Below are positions 8,313 through 17,730 of a DNA stretch of 64,000 bases, piece after piece. Made by a program: the position numbers and the translations under genes. The notes below the pieces were generated by a model. It did no database searches. It was not told where the DNA came from and saw only the letters and a list, made by a program, of their open reading frames with translations. The first letter of the stretch is position 1. Each line of letters starts with the position of its first letter. The stretch lies in the IMG/VR virus record IMGVR_UViG_3300038829_000263, positions 70,111 to 134,110 of that record. One strand, written 5' to 3'. Source of the stretch: a virus.

Positions 8313-9359
8313 ATGGACTGGCAGGCGATGATGACGGCCGCGAAGGCAACAGGGGTGCCCGTGATGCTGATCGGAGGCCCGCCCCCCGGCGGCCCCGAGC
8401 CCGGCGCCCCAGGGAGCGCGGCCTTCACGGCGCTGCGCGACGAGGCGTCGAAGTGGCGGGAGGAGGCCCAGCGCTGGCAGGCGGCCCACACGGACGCGCA
8501 CGCGGCGCTGCAGCAGGCTCGTGCGGCCGCCCCGGCGAACGGGACGGGAGGCGCCGATGCCGCGCGTGCCCAGCACCTGGAGATGCGCCTCAACAAGGTG
8601 GACGCCGACTTCCGGGGCGTCGTCGCTGAGCGCGACGCCGCGAAGGCGAAGGCGTCCGAGCTGGAGGGCCTGATCGGTCAGCTCCGGTCACAGGCCGCCA
8701 CGACGGCCCCCGGTGCGAACGCGGCGCCCGTTGAGAAGACGATCGAGGACTACCCCATCGACGTCCTGGGCCTGGAAGCGTCCGTGTTCAAGATCGTGCA
8801 GAAGGCCGCCGGCGAAGTGAAGACGGTGAACGAGCTCTGGGCCGCCTTCCGCGCGGGCAAGATCAAGCCCAAGACGAAGGACACGCCTGACGGGCACTTC
8901 ACGCAGCCCCAGGTGATCGACATCTTCAACCGCCTGGCCGGCCGCGTTCCGTCGGCTCACCGGCCGGAGAACGGGTCCACCGGCCCGGCCCCCGGCGGTC
9001 AGGCGGCCACGGGCGTCCCCGCGGGCTGGGCGGACCGCTCCTGGCTGGCCCGGATCGAGTCGGCGCGGAAGAAGGAAGCGCGGGCGGGCGAGGTCCGCGT
9101 GGAGCTGGACACGATCAAGGCCGAGCTCGAGAAGGTCAGGGGGCAGCCCTTGACGCCCGACACGGCGGAGCAGATCACGGCCCTCACCGGGAAGATGCAC
9201 GACGCCGACAAGCTGCTGGGCCTCTACGAGGGCCAGGTGCTCGCGCTCCTGTTCGCCTGCGGCTTCGAGCCCAAGGTCGCGAAGACCGTGGACGCGGCGC
9301 TCAAGGACGCGGGCCTCGTGCACCTGATGACGACCGTCCCGGCGGGCGTCGGCGCGTGA
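8313..9359 (+). CDS. Coiled-coil protein with a possible RNA polymerase alpha-CTD-like segment
   Basis: Abuts the previous gene; contains YPIDVLGL...KTVNEL...IDIFNRL between coiled coils. Confidence 0.65.
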   Translation: MDWQAMMTAAKATGVPVMLIGGPPPGGPEPGAPGSAAFTALRDEASKWREEAQRWQAAHTDAHAALQQARAAAPANGTGGADAARAQHLEMRLNKVDADFRGVVAERDAAKAKASELEGLIGQLRSQAATTAPGANAAPVEKTIEDYPIDVLGLEASVFKIVQKAAGEVKTVNELWAAFRAGKIKPKTKDTPDGHFTQPQVIDIFNRLAGRVPSAHRPENGSTGPAPGGQAATGVPAGWADRSWLARIESARKKEARAGEVRVELDTIKAELEKVRGQPLTPDTAEQITALTGKMHDADKLLGLYEGQVLALLFACGFEPKVAKTVDAALKDAGLVHLMTTVPAGVGA

Positions 9360-9613
9360 CCAACCCGGCAGAGACCCTCGCCCGGGAGCAACTCCGGCAG
9401 GAGGTCGAGGCCGAGGTCCGTCAGGAGATCAACCTGGAGGCCGCAAAGGCCGCCTGGGCGGAGCAGAGCAAGCAACGGGAGGCGGCCGCGCGGGCGCGCG
9501 TGACCCTCCTCCTGTCGGCCACGATCTTCCTGCTCGTGCTCCTGCCGATCGGGGCGGGCCTGGGGGGCCTCTCCATCCGCGTGTTCCGCTACGCGGCCGG
9601 CTGGGGGTGGTAA
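9356..9613 (+). CDS. Small membrane protein
   Basis: GTGA overlap; hydrophobic stretch VTLLLSATIFLLVLLPIGAGLGG. Confidence 0.7.
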   Translation: MTNPAETLAREQLRQEVEAEVRQEINLEAAKAAWAEQSKQREAAARARVTLLLSATIFLLVLLPIGAGLGGLSIRVFRYAAGWGW

Positions 9614-9746
9614 GAGAACGGCGAGGGTCGCAACCTCGGGCGCGGCCAGTCACCGTGCTCGCTGTCGGGATCGCGAAGTCCCGTGACCGCGCGGCCAGCC
9701 CAGGCTTGACCTCCTGGGCTTCGACCGCGCGGTGGCCTGTACGTGC

Positions 9747-9785
9747 AGAGGGCCCCGTCGCTCCACACAAGCGGCGGGGCCCTCT
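9747..9785. terminator. Strong hairpin between convergent genes
   Basis: AGAGGGCCCCGTCGCT-CCACACA-AGCGGCGGGGCCCTCT forms a 16-bp stem with one wobble pair. Confidence 0.65.
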
Positions 9786-9807
9786 CCATCGGGGTGAAGG
9801 ATGGGTT

Positions 9808-10194
9808 CTAGCGGAGGACGCTGCTCTGGCCGCCCACGGTCCCGTCCGAGGTCGCGGGCTTGTACCAGACGGCCCAGGTCTCGTCCGCGTGGTTCACGCC
9901 GTCGAGGTTCGTGATGCGCGCCTTGCCGGCGTTCGGCCCCGACCTGAGGAAGCTGTACTCGACGCCCACGGCCTTGACGGGGGTCAGCTCCCAGGCGCGG
10001 GTGGCGGTCACGTAGGACACGACGAGGATCGGGTCCCCGAGGGCCGGGTTCGCCAGGTCGACGAAGCCGGCGATGGCGGGACCCACCACGAGCTCGAGCA
10101 CGGGCGAGTCGGCGTCGGTCTGCACCCGGGGGGCCAGGTCCGCGACGGGCCAGGTGCGACCGACGTCGGGAGCGTTCGAGAGCTGCTGAGCCAT
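9808..10194 (-). CDS. Hypothetical protein on the minus strand
   Basis: AAGGAG RBS, TGCTAAACT extended -10 upstream (10226-10234), and GC3-biased codons. Confidence 0.75.
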   Translation of the reverse strand: MAQQLSNAPDVGRTWPVADLAPRVQTDADSPVLELVVGPAIAGFVDLANPALGDPILVVSYVTATRAWELTPVKAVGVEYSFLRSGPNAGKARITNLDGVNHADETWAVWYKPATSDGTVGGQSSVLR

Positions 10195-10275
10195 GTCGGA
10201 CTCCTTGGGTGGGCTTTCCGCCGGCAGTTTAGCACCGGCGCCCAGGGCCGCACGATACCTCGTCCTGGTCGTGAA

Positions 10276-10310
10276 CTAGGATAAGGCCGCGCGGCCTTCT
10301 AATATCGGGG
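10276..10310 (+). promoter_or_regulatory. Conserved promoter-like motif, copy 2
   Basis: CTAGGATAAGGCCGCGCG-N5-CTAATATC, matching 6605-6639, directly upstream of the helicase ATG. Confidence 0.7.
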
Positions 10311-10314
10311 GACC

Positions 10315-12549
10315 ATGACGCCCACCGCAGAGCAACTGGCCATCGCGGCCCACCCCGGCGGCCCGGCGCTAGTCGTCGCCGGTGCTGGAGCCGCCAAGAC
10401 GACGAGCCTCCTCCTGCTCGTCCGGCGCCTGATCCAGGAGCGGCGGTTCGCGCCCTCCCGGATCCTGATGACGACGTTCTCTAAGCGGGGCGCCTCAGAC
10501 ATGGGCCGACGCGCCGTCCCCCTCTGCGTCCCGCATGGGGTCGAGTACCGCACGCTCAACTCCGTCGGTTACATGCTCGTCAGGGGCCAGCCTGGCGAAC
10601 GGCCGCCCACCCGGCCCGCGGACTGGCAGCTCAAGCGCGTCGTGCGCGAGGAGCTACGCCGGATCGAGCGCGAGCGCGGCCCCGACTCGGCCGATTCCTT
10701 GCCCCGGGAAAAGGACGTGATCCGGGAGTACCGCCTGGCGAAGGCCGCGCTCATCTGGCCCGAGCCCTGGGTGGCGGCGCACGGGGCCGAGTTCGCCGGC
10801 TACGCGGCCTGGGCCTCCGCGCGCACGCGCGAGCCCCTGGAGCCCGACACGGCGAAGGTCATCGCCGAGTGCTATCAGGCGATCGAGACGACCGGCCGAC
10901 GCCCCGAGGACTTCGGCGTCCAGGCCGGAGAGGACAAGCCAGGGCCTTTCGCCCGCGACATCGGCAACCGCTGGGTGACCTACGACGACCAGCTCGCCAT
11001 CCCGGCCCGGTCGATCCTCCGGCGCGCCCCGGAGGACGCGTGGATCTACCCCTGGTACGCGGCCTACTGGCAGGTGCTGTGCGATGAGGTCCAGGACAAC
11101 AACATCGCGCAGTGGGTGCTCGTCGAGTACCTCGCGCGCGACCTGAACCTCGTGGTGGTGGGCGACGATGCGCAGTCTATTTTTCGGTTCCGCGGGGCCG
11201 CGCCTGTGCTCATGCGGGAGTTCCTGACGCGCTATCCGCACGCGCGCGTCTACCCCCTGTCGACGAACTTCCGCTCCGACCAGGCCATCCTCGACGTGGC
11301 GAACAAGGTGCTCGAGCATCTGCCTGAGCGCCTCTTCCGCGGCCGCCTGACCGCTGGCCTCCTGCGGCCCCAGGTCTGGCCACCCACCGTGCTCGAGTGG
11401 GGGTCTCCAGGCGACGAGGCCCGTGGCGTCATCTCGGATGTCGAGGCCGCCATCAAGGACGGCACGAACCCCGACGAGATCACCATCCTCTACCGTATCA
11501 ACGCCCAGAGCGGGCCGTTCGAGATGGAGTGCATCCGGCGGGGCATCCACTACAAGATCGCCGGGTCGTCGTTCTTCTCCCGGGGGGAGATCAGGGCGGC
11601 CCTGGGCTTCGTGGCCGTGGCCATGGACGAGGAGGACGAGGAGGGCTTCCGCTACTGCTTCGACGTGCCCACGCGCTACCTGGGCGCGAGGTTCCTGGAG
11701 GAGAACACGTGCCTGCGCGCCGTGCGCGCGAACTCCGCGGCGAACAAGCTCGGGCGCTGGAGGCGCGGCGCCGAGGAGCTCGTGCAGGTCGTAGCGCACG
11801 TCCGGCGGCGCTTGGAGGAGCGCGGCGTCGTCGAGGCCCTGCGCTACGTGTTCGAGACAGCCGGCGTTAGGAAGCACTATCGAGAGGAGGGTGCCGATGA
11901 CGAAGATGAGACAGACGTGGACGAGGCGTGCACCGTCCTCTTGCACTGTGCAGGCACGCTCCCCGGGGCTGCAGAGCTGGTCAAGTTCGCGCGCGACCTG
12001 AGCAAGACGGCGCATGAGGACCACGAGGGCGCGACCGAGCGGACGCCGCGCATCACGCTCTCCACCGTCCACAAGGCGAAGGGCCTCGAGTGGGACGCGG
12101 TCTACGTCGTCGGCGTCGTGGGCGGCCTGTTCCCCTTCGCGGAGGCCCCGCCCGAGGAGGAGCGCTGCCTGTTCTACGTGGCCGTCACGCGCCCCCGGCG
12201 GCGGCTTTACGTCTCCCGGACGACGATGGGCGGCGACGGACGCGCGGCGCCGCTCTCATCACTCCTCATCGAGGCGGGGCTCGTCGACCAGGAGGCCGCG
12301 CGCGCCCAGGACGCGGAGCGGCGCACGGCGTCGATCGTCGCCCGCCTGGAGGCTCTGGACGACGAGGAGCGCGGGAAGTTCCTGCGGCTCCTCCGGGACG
12401 CGGCCAAGGGCAACCCGCGGCTGGCGGCTGCGGTCGCGCGCCTTGAGCGCCGGCCGGAGGCGGAGGAGCCCGACTTCGAGGGCGAAGTGGCGGCCGCCCA
12501 GGCCATGTCGTCAGCGGCCGCTCTCGCCGACGACCTGGACGACTTCTAG
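10315..12549 (+). CDS. uvrD: UvrD/PcrA-family SF1 DNA helicase
   Basis: TAEQ, AGAGAAKTT, TFSKR, DEVQD, VGDDAQSIFRFRGA, NFRS, STVHKAKGLEWD and EERCLFYVAVTR motifs. Confidence 0.92.
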   Translation: MTPTAEQLAIAAHPGGPALVVAGAGAAKTTSLLLLVRRLIQERRFAPSRILMTTFSKRGASDMGRRAVPLCVPHGVEYRTLNSVGYMLVRGQPGERPPTRPADWQLKRVVREELRRIERERGPDSADSLPREKDVIREYRLAKAALIWPEPWVAAHGAEFAGYAAWASARTREPLEPDTAKVIAECYQAIETTGRRPEDFGVQAGEDKPGPFARDIGNRWVTYDDQLAIPARSILRRAPEDAWIYPWYAAYWQVLCDEVQDNNIAQWVLVEYLARDLNLVVVGDDAQSIFRFRGAAPVLMREFLTRYPHARVYPLSTNFRSDQAILDVANKVLEHLPERLFRGRLTAGLLRPQVWPPTVLEWGSPGDEARGVISDVEAAIKDGTNPDEITILYRINAQSGPFEMECIRRGIHYKIAGSSFFSRGEIRAALGFVAVAMDEEDEEGFRYCFDVPTRYLGARFLEENTCLRAVRANSAANKLGRWRRGAEELVQVVAHVRRRLEERGVVEALRYVFETAGVRKHYREEGADDEDETDVDEACTVLLHCAGTLPGAAELVKFARDLSKTAHEDHEGATERTPRITLSTVHKAKGLEWDAVYVVGVVGGLFPFAEAPPEEERCLFYVAVTRPRRRLYVSRTTMGGDGRAAPLSSLLIEAGLVDQEAARAQDAERRTASIVARLEALDDEERGKFLRLLRDAAKGNPRLAAAVARLERRPEAEEPDFEGEVAAAQAMSSAAALADDLDDF

Positions 12550-12559
12550 GATAGGCCGC

Positions 12560-12715
12560 GTGAACTTCGAGCGCGCGTTTCCCTTCGCGGCCTGGTACCT
12601 GGAGGCAACCGCCGAGGACGTCGTCTCAACCGTGCTCCTCAGCGCGGCGATGGCATGGGTCGCGTGGCCTGGTGTACACGAGTGGTGGGTCAAGATGCGC
12701 AGCGGAGAGCCGTAG
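12560..12715 (+). CDS. Small hydrophobic hypothetical protein
   Basis: Fills the gap after uvrD and has one hydrophobic helix; short and uncertain. Confidence 0.35.
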   Translation: MNFERAFPFAAWYLEATAEDVVSTVLLSAAMAWVAWPGVHEWWVKMRSGEP

Positions 12716-12741
12716 CGGTAGACTGGGCCCCGGAGGCGCGC

Positions 12742-13863
12742 ATGCCGTTCGGATCCGGGTTCCCCGTGGCCTTCGGCGGGGAGGGCGTCGTCCCGCTCTC
12801 CGAGCCCCGCTCGAACGTGGGCGATCCGCCCGTCGGCTTCGACTTCACGACGGACCCGGACGGCCCTCTCCCCGGCGCCTGGGAGTTCTTTGTCCTGGAG
12901 GACGACGGGGCCGGCAACAAGACGACCCAGCCCGAGGCCGACCCGACCTACTACTTCCGCGTGGCCGACGGCCTCGGGTGGTGGCGCTACACGCGGCAGC
13001 CGACCATTCCGGGCCTCGGCGCACCGTTCCAGGAGCGCGGAGCCCTGGCGAGCCCGGTCGGGATCATCCTGGGGCCCTGCTGCGAGCTCGAGCTGGCGCT
13101 CCGGCGGCCGCCCGACCTCCTCGACGGGAAGGCGGACGAGTTCGTCTACGAGGTCATCCTGGGCTTCCAGGGGGACCAGGCCGCGACGAGCTTCTACGGC
13201 GCCCGGCTCCGGGCCAACTGGTCGGGCGGCGTCTGGGCGCCGGCCGTGGCCTTCGACCTCGTGCGCGCGCAGGGGCAGAACCCGGGGCAGCTCGTGGCCT
13301 TCACCTTCGACCCTGTGAACGTGCCCACCGACGTCTGGCTCGCGGCGCCCCTCTGCGGCCTCAAGCTCAACGTCAGGAACACGCTCTTGCAGGGCTTCTT
13401 CAACGACGTGGCCGTCCTGGAGACCGCTGTCCCTAACACGGGCGGCCGGGTCATCGTCCTGGCCCGGGTCTACAACCGCTTCGGGGCCGCGATCGTGCCT
13501 GTCCCCGTCATCGCCGGTTTCACGCTCCAGACCCTGCGCGACCTCGTGAGCCTGGGGCCCACGCCCGCGATCCCAGGCCAGTCCGTGCTCGAGGCCGCGC
13601 AGCTACCTGTCGTGCGCCTGCCGATGAACGAGCTAGTCGATGCCGGCTTCTTCAAGCGTGTAGGGGCGCGGGTCTGGCGCTGTGTCGCCGATGTCGAGGT
13701 CAACGTCCAGGGCTTCAAGAACGCCTACCGCGTCGGGGAAGTCCTGCGCCTGGCCGAGCCCGCAGGCGAGAAGGCCCTCACGCAACCCCTTGTCTCGGTC
13801 ATCGCGGACCTGTCGGGCATCCGCGCCGCGCGAGAGCGTGGCGGTCCTGCTGGTACGGCCTGA
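12742..13863 (+). CDS. Putative virion protein, beta-sandwich-rich
   Basis: GGAGG RBS before ATG 12742; aromatic, beta-rich composition. Confidence 0.65.
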   Translation: MPFGSGFPVAFGGEGVVPLSEPRSNVGDPPVGFDFTTDPDGPLPGAWEFFVLEDDGAGNKTTQPEADPTYYFRVADGLGWWRYTRQPTIPGLGAPFQERGALASPVGIILGPCCELELALRRPPDLLDGKADEFVYEVILGFQGDQAATSFYGARLRANWSGGVWAPAVAFDLVRAQGQNPGQLVAFTFDPVNVPTDVWLAAPLCGLKLNVRNTLLQGFFNDVAVLETAVPNTGGRVIVLARVYNRFGAAIVPVPVIAGFTLQTLRDLVSLGPTPAIPGQSVLEAAQLPVVRLPMNELVDAGFFKRVGARVWRCVADVEVNVQGFKNAYRVGEVLRLAEPAGEKALTQPLVSVIADLSGIRAARERGGPAGTA

Positions 13864-13925
13864 TGGAGTCGGTGGACAGGCCCTGGAGTACGGAATAGGA
13901 TCGCGAAGCCGGCGGAGGCCCCGGG

Positions 13926-15044
13926 ATGCCGCTGACGATCTTCGAGATCACGTCGGTCACCCCGCGCGGCGGCGCGGCCGGCACGGTCGTCACGGTCGCC
14001 GGAGATAACTTCGGCATCGTCACGGGCCAGATCATCATCGACCCCCTGGGCCAGGCCATCGCGGTCGCGGCCACGTCCTGGGTCGACGACGAGATCGTGT
14101 TCACCGTCCCGGCCCTCCCCGTCCAGCTCCTGAACCGCTTCTCCACCATCCGCTTCGTCAAGGCCACGGCCGACGACGCGGCAGAGACGCCGTTCTGGGT
14201 CCCGGCCGTCCCGCCCACGAACACGGGCCAGGACTACCAGTGGCCGAACTTCGAGGCAGGCACGTCCGGCGAGAACGCGGATGACCCGCGCGTCCTGACC
14301 GCGGCCGACTTCAACCGCGTGTTCGACCAGGCGAAGTCCGGCGGCGCGGGGAGCCTCCCCCCGCTCATCGGCGTCCAGTTCGCGGCCCTGATGGAGAACC
14401 CCATCGGCGTCGCCTCCTGGAACCCGATCACGCAGGACATGATCTTGCCTGCCTTCATGGTCGGCTTGACCCTCGCCGCGGGCTCGGCCTCGCGCGAGCT
14501 GGGCGAGAACGTCGTGAACCCGACCTTCAACGCCACCTACAACCGCCCGCCCGCCCTGGCGATCCTCACCGACTCCGATGGCTTCCCGGCCCAGATCGTG
14601 ACGGCCCTCCCGAACCCCATCACGCGGCCGAACACCTACGTCAAGAGCGCGATCGGCGCGACGACGGTGTTCGACCTGGCCGCCAACGAGACCGGCGGCC
14701 CCACGCGCAACGCGCAGGTCACGATGACGTGGCTCCCGCGCGTGTTCTTCGGCGTCGGGCCGGCCGGGGGCTTGACCGAGGCCCAGATCGAGGCCCTGGC
14801 CGGCAACGCCCTCGCGGGCTCACGCGCCCGGACCTTCGCCGTCGCCCCAGGGGCAGCGGAGAAGATCTACTACGCCTACCCGACGGCCTTCGGCCTGGGC
14901 ACGTTCTCGGTGGGCGGCTTCGCCGGCGGCTTCCTCCCGCCGATCGTCGTCAACGTGACGAACCCCTTCGGCGTCGTCCTCCCCTACTACCTCTACGAGA
15001 GCGCGCTCCTCGGCCTGGGCGCGACCACCGTGGTCGTCACATGA
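13926..15044 (+). CDS. IPT/TIG-domain virion protein
   Basis: N-terminal ITSVTP.GG.AGT.VTV.G.NFG...SW.D.EI.F.VP is a typical IPT/TIG pattern. Confidence 0.75.
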   Translation: MPLTIFEITSVTPRGGAAGTVVTVAGDNFGIVTGQIIIDPLGQAIAVAATSWVDDEIVFTVPALPVQLLNRFSTIRFVKATADDAAETPFWVPAVPPTNTGQDYQWPNFEAGTSGENADDPRVLTAADFNRVFDQAKSGGAGSLPPLIGVQFAALMENPIGVASWNPITQDMILPAFMVGLTLAAGSASRELGENVVNPTFNATYNRPPALAILTDSDGFPAQIVTALPNPITRPNTYVKSAIGATTVFDLAANETGGPTRNAQVTMTWLPRVFFGVGPAGGLTEAQIEALAGNALAGSRARTFAVAPGAAEKIYYAYPTAFGLGTFSVGGFAGGFLPPIVVNVTNPFGVVLPYYLYESALLGLGATTVVVT

Positions 15045-15514
15045 CCCAGCCGGGCGACGTCACGGTCATCAACACCCTCGCGATCCAGAACGACGCCCCA
15101 GGTCCCATCGTCCGCGTCGACGAGGCGAAGGGCGGGTTCCACATTCGGGCCGATGTCGCGGCCCGCGACGCGATGCCGACCTACCTGCGCCTGGAGGGCA
15201 TGCTCTGCTACGTCGTCGCGACGGCGCAGTTCTTCCAGCTCGTCGGCGGCATCGCGAACGTCAACTGGCAGCTCGCGGCCTTCGGCGGCGGGTCGGACCT
15301 CCAGACGGACGTCTTCACGCCCGTGGACGGCCAGGTGGCATTCGTGCTATCCCAGATGCCGGCGAACGCGGACGCGTTGATCTTCCTCGTCAATGGGGTG
15401 GGCTACATGAGGCCGCTAGGGCACCTGACCATCGTGGGGGTGAACCTGACCTGGCTTAACAACCCTTTCACGATGCAGGCGACGGATCAAGTCGCCGCGA
15501 TCTATCCGGTGTAG
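15041..15514 (+). CDS. Putative virion fibre/decoration protein
   Basis: ATGA overlap; GGFH..ADVAARDA.P..LR.EGML.YV...F.L.GG..N.NW motif of a kind seen in phage structural proteins. Confidence 0.65.
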   Translation: MTQPGDVTVINTLAIQNDAPGPIVRVDEAKGGFHIRADVAARDAMPTYLRLEGMLCYVVATAQFFQLVGGIANVNWQLAAFGGGSDLQTDVFTPVDGQVAFVLSQMPANADALIFLVNGVGYMRPLGHLTIVGVNLTWLNNPFTMQATDQVAAIYPV

Positions 15515-15524
15515 GAGCGCAACG

Positions 15525-15722
15525 ATGCCGAGCACGACCTACGAGTACACCCTCGCCAACGGGGTCAAGGTCTACGCCATCCAGGGCGGACCGGCTCTCC
15601 CGCTGGCCGATGGCTCGAAGAAGCTGCCGGCCGACATCCAGCCCGGGGACAATCTGCGCTGGCTGGCCGACGCGCCGCCCAGCGCCGTGCAGGCGCCCAT
15701 CGTGACAGGATCGGTGGACTAG
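15525..15722 (+). CDS. 65-aa protein resembling the central half of a Hint domain
   Basis: AGGAG RBS; YEYTLANGVKV...LADGS...IQPGDNLR aligns by eye with the 1536 Hint protein. Confidence 0.55.
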   Translation: MPSTTYEYTLANGVKVYAIQGGPALPLADGSKKLPADIQPGDNLRWLADAPPSAVQAPIVTGSVD

Positions 15723-15889
15723 TGGGCCGCGCCTCGCGAACGAAGCGGGAGAGGCGGGCGGCGAGGGCCGTGCCTCGGCTGCGTCCTCCGCCGATTGCGC
15801 CACTCGTCGGGCCGGATGGCCAGCCCCAGGGATTCGTGGTCGTAGATGAGGCCGGCCGGGCTACCGTCATCCCGGCGAGGAGGAAGTAG
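15722..15889 (+). CDS. Small basic hypothetical protein (55 aa, not in the ORF track)
   Basis: TAG/GTG 1-nt overlaps at both ends; it fills the gap exactly. Confidence 0.5.
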   Translation: MGRASRTKRERRAARAVPRLRPPPIAPLVGPDGQPQGFVVVDEAGRATVIPARRK

Positions 15890-17730
15890 TGGTCGCGCCA
15901 TCGTTGCTAGTCGCCAAGATCGGCACAACGCCTCTTCGCGTGTTCAGGATGACGGGAGGGACCACCCTCACGCAGGTCGGCAGCGACGTGACCGGCTTGG
16001 CGTATGCCCCTGCCACCAACCACTGGGGATCTAACCAGGTCGTCGAGTACCGCGGCCGGCTCTACTTCGTCCACACCGGCGCGGGCAGCAACGCGATCGT
16101 GTCCAGGTACAACCCGGTCACAGATGCCTGGGACATCGTATTCACGTCCCCCAACACGGCCACCGGGCAAGGCTCCGGCAAGCGCACCGGCCTGTTCATC
16201 GCCAACTTCCCCCCGCGGATGTTCTTCTTCGACTTCCAGGACGGGGTGGGAGACCGCCTCTTCTACACCGATGACGGCACCTCGTGGACCTCGGGCGCGA
16301 CGATCTCGACGACCGCCCAACTAGGTCGGGCCGTGTTGTACCGCAACAAGCTGTACATCCCCCGAACGTCGAACGTAATGGACATCGTCGATCCCGCGCT
16401 GAATACGATCACGCGCATCAGCAACGTTGCTGCCTCCTCCCCGAACTCGGGCGGCATGTGCGTGTTCCGCAACCGCCTCTACCAGGTCGCGCAAGGGGGC
16501 TCCTCCGGCGACGACCAAGTCCTCTACGAGTTCACGGGCGGAGCGTGGGTCTCGCGCGCCACGCTCCTCGCCGTTTCGAGTGGAGCCGGCACCCCGGACG
16601 AGTGCTACGCCTTGGCCCCGATCGGCAACACGAAGATGGTGGCGATCACCATCGGGTCCACGGACGGCACGAACACGACGCGCGGCTCGCGCGCCTTCGA
16701 CCTTACGCCGACCGGGCCCACGTCGTTCACCGTGACGGACGTCACGACCCCTGTCATCCCATCCGGCCTGCGCGCCCCGCAGACGGCGACCTCGCAGCGC
16801 TGGACGACCTTCGTGGACAACCAGACGAGCCCCGGGTCCCCTGCCGTGTTCTTCTGGCACCTGAGCAGCGCCACGGCGGGCACGTATTCGTACTACGAGT
16901 ACGTGGATTCTTCGACTGAGCTATCGCCGGGTTCGGCTGGGCCCAACCAGGACGTCGTCGTCCCGTACCTGCCCAACGGAGGCGGGGACCGCATCTGGGA
17001 TGGGTCGGGATCCCTCGATGCCATCGCCACGAACGCCGTCGCCTCGCCGACCCTCGGCCACTCGCGGTTGACTGCGCTCTGCTCGGGCGACACGGCCGGG
17101 GCGGGCGGCATGCGTACGTCGGTGCGCCTGGCGACGATCGCGGCCCTCCCGGCGAACACGCCGGCTGGGGCCGGCGTCGGCAAGACCCTCACCGGGAACG
17201 CTAACGGGGCGCTCTCGGTGGACGGGACAGCGGTGGTCAACGGCGACCGCATCCTCGTGAAGGATGAAGTCGCGGCGGCGAACAACGGCATCTATACGGT
17301 GACCGACCAGGGAAGCGGTGGCGCGCCTTTCATCCTCACGCGCGCGACCGACTTCGACCAGGTCTCCGCGACCGAAGTCGCGGCCGGGGCCTGGGTCCGT
17401 GTCACGGCCGGCGGGACCCTCTCGAACACGTTCTGGCAGATGAACCAGACGGCCACGATCACCATCGAGACGACGGCGCTCACCTGGGCCCAGCTCACGA
17501 CGAGGTTCCTGCGCTTCTGGTACTCGCCCAACGAGAACGCGAACCTCGTCCAGGGGACGCTGGGCGGCACTCCTTCGGGCCAGGCCGGACAGCTCACGAG
17601 GAACGTGAACACGATCGAGGGGGTCATCGCTGACGGGGCGACCACCTTCACGTTCGACTGGAATGCCGGGGGAGACGGGCAGCAGAACGGGGCCCCGGAG
17701 GGCGCCGCTCTACGGATCGGGACGACGTAG
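15889..17730 (+). CDS. Putative receptor-binding/fibre protein: beta-propeller-like N-terminus plus a shared structural domain
   Basis: Propeller-like repeats (YRGRLY, YRNKLY, FRNRLY, DDGTSW) and an SVRLAT...GDRILVK...NGIY...LTRATDFD domain. Confidence 0.7.
   Translation: MVAPSLLVAKIGTTPLRVFRMTGGTTLTQVGSDVTGLAYAPATNHWGSNQVVEYRGRLYFVHTGAGSNAIVSRYNPVTDAWDIVFTSPNTATGQGSGKRTGLFIANFPPRMFFFDFQDGVGDRLFYTDDGTSWTSGATISTTAQLGRAVLYRNKLYIPRTSNVMDIVDPALNTITRISNVAASSPNSGGMCVFRNRLYQVAQGGSSGDDQVLYEFTGGAWVSRATLLAVSSGAGTPDECYALAPIGNTKMVAITIGSTDGTNTTRGSRAFDLTPTGPTSFTVTDVTTPVIPSGLRAPQTATSQRWTTFVDNQTSPGSPAVFFWHLSSATAGTYSYYEYVDSSTELSPGSAGPNQDVVVPYLPNGGGDRIWDGSGSLDAIATNAVASPTLGHSRLTALCSGDTAGAGGMRTSVRLATIAALPANTPAGAGVGKTLTGNANGALSVDGTAVVNGDRILVKDEVAAANNGIYTVTDQGSGGAPFILTRATDFDQVSATEVAAGAWVRVTAGGTLSNTFWQMNQTATITIETTALTWAQLTTRFLRFWYSPNENANLVQGTLGGTPSGQAGQLTRNVNTIEGVIADGATTFTFDWNAGGDGQQNGAPEGAALRIGTT

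Noticed and set aside
11860-12001. Lower-GC3 patch inside uvrD with AGGAGG and an out-of-frame ATG
   Set aside because: The ORF is only about 34 codons, and the purine run is explained by the acidic EEGADDEDE coding sequence.
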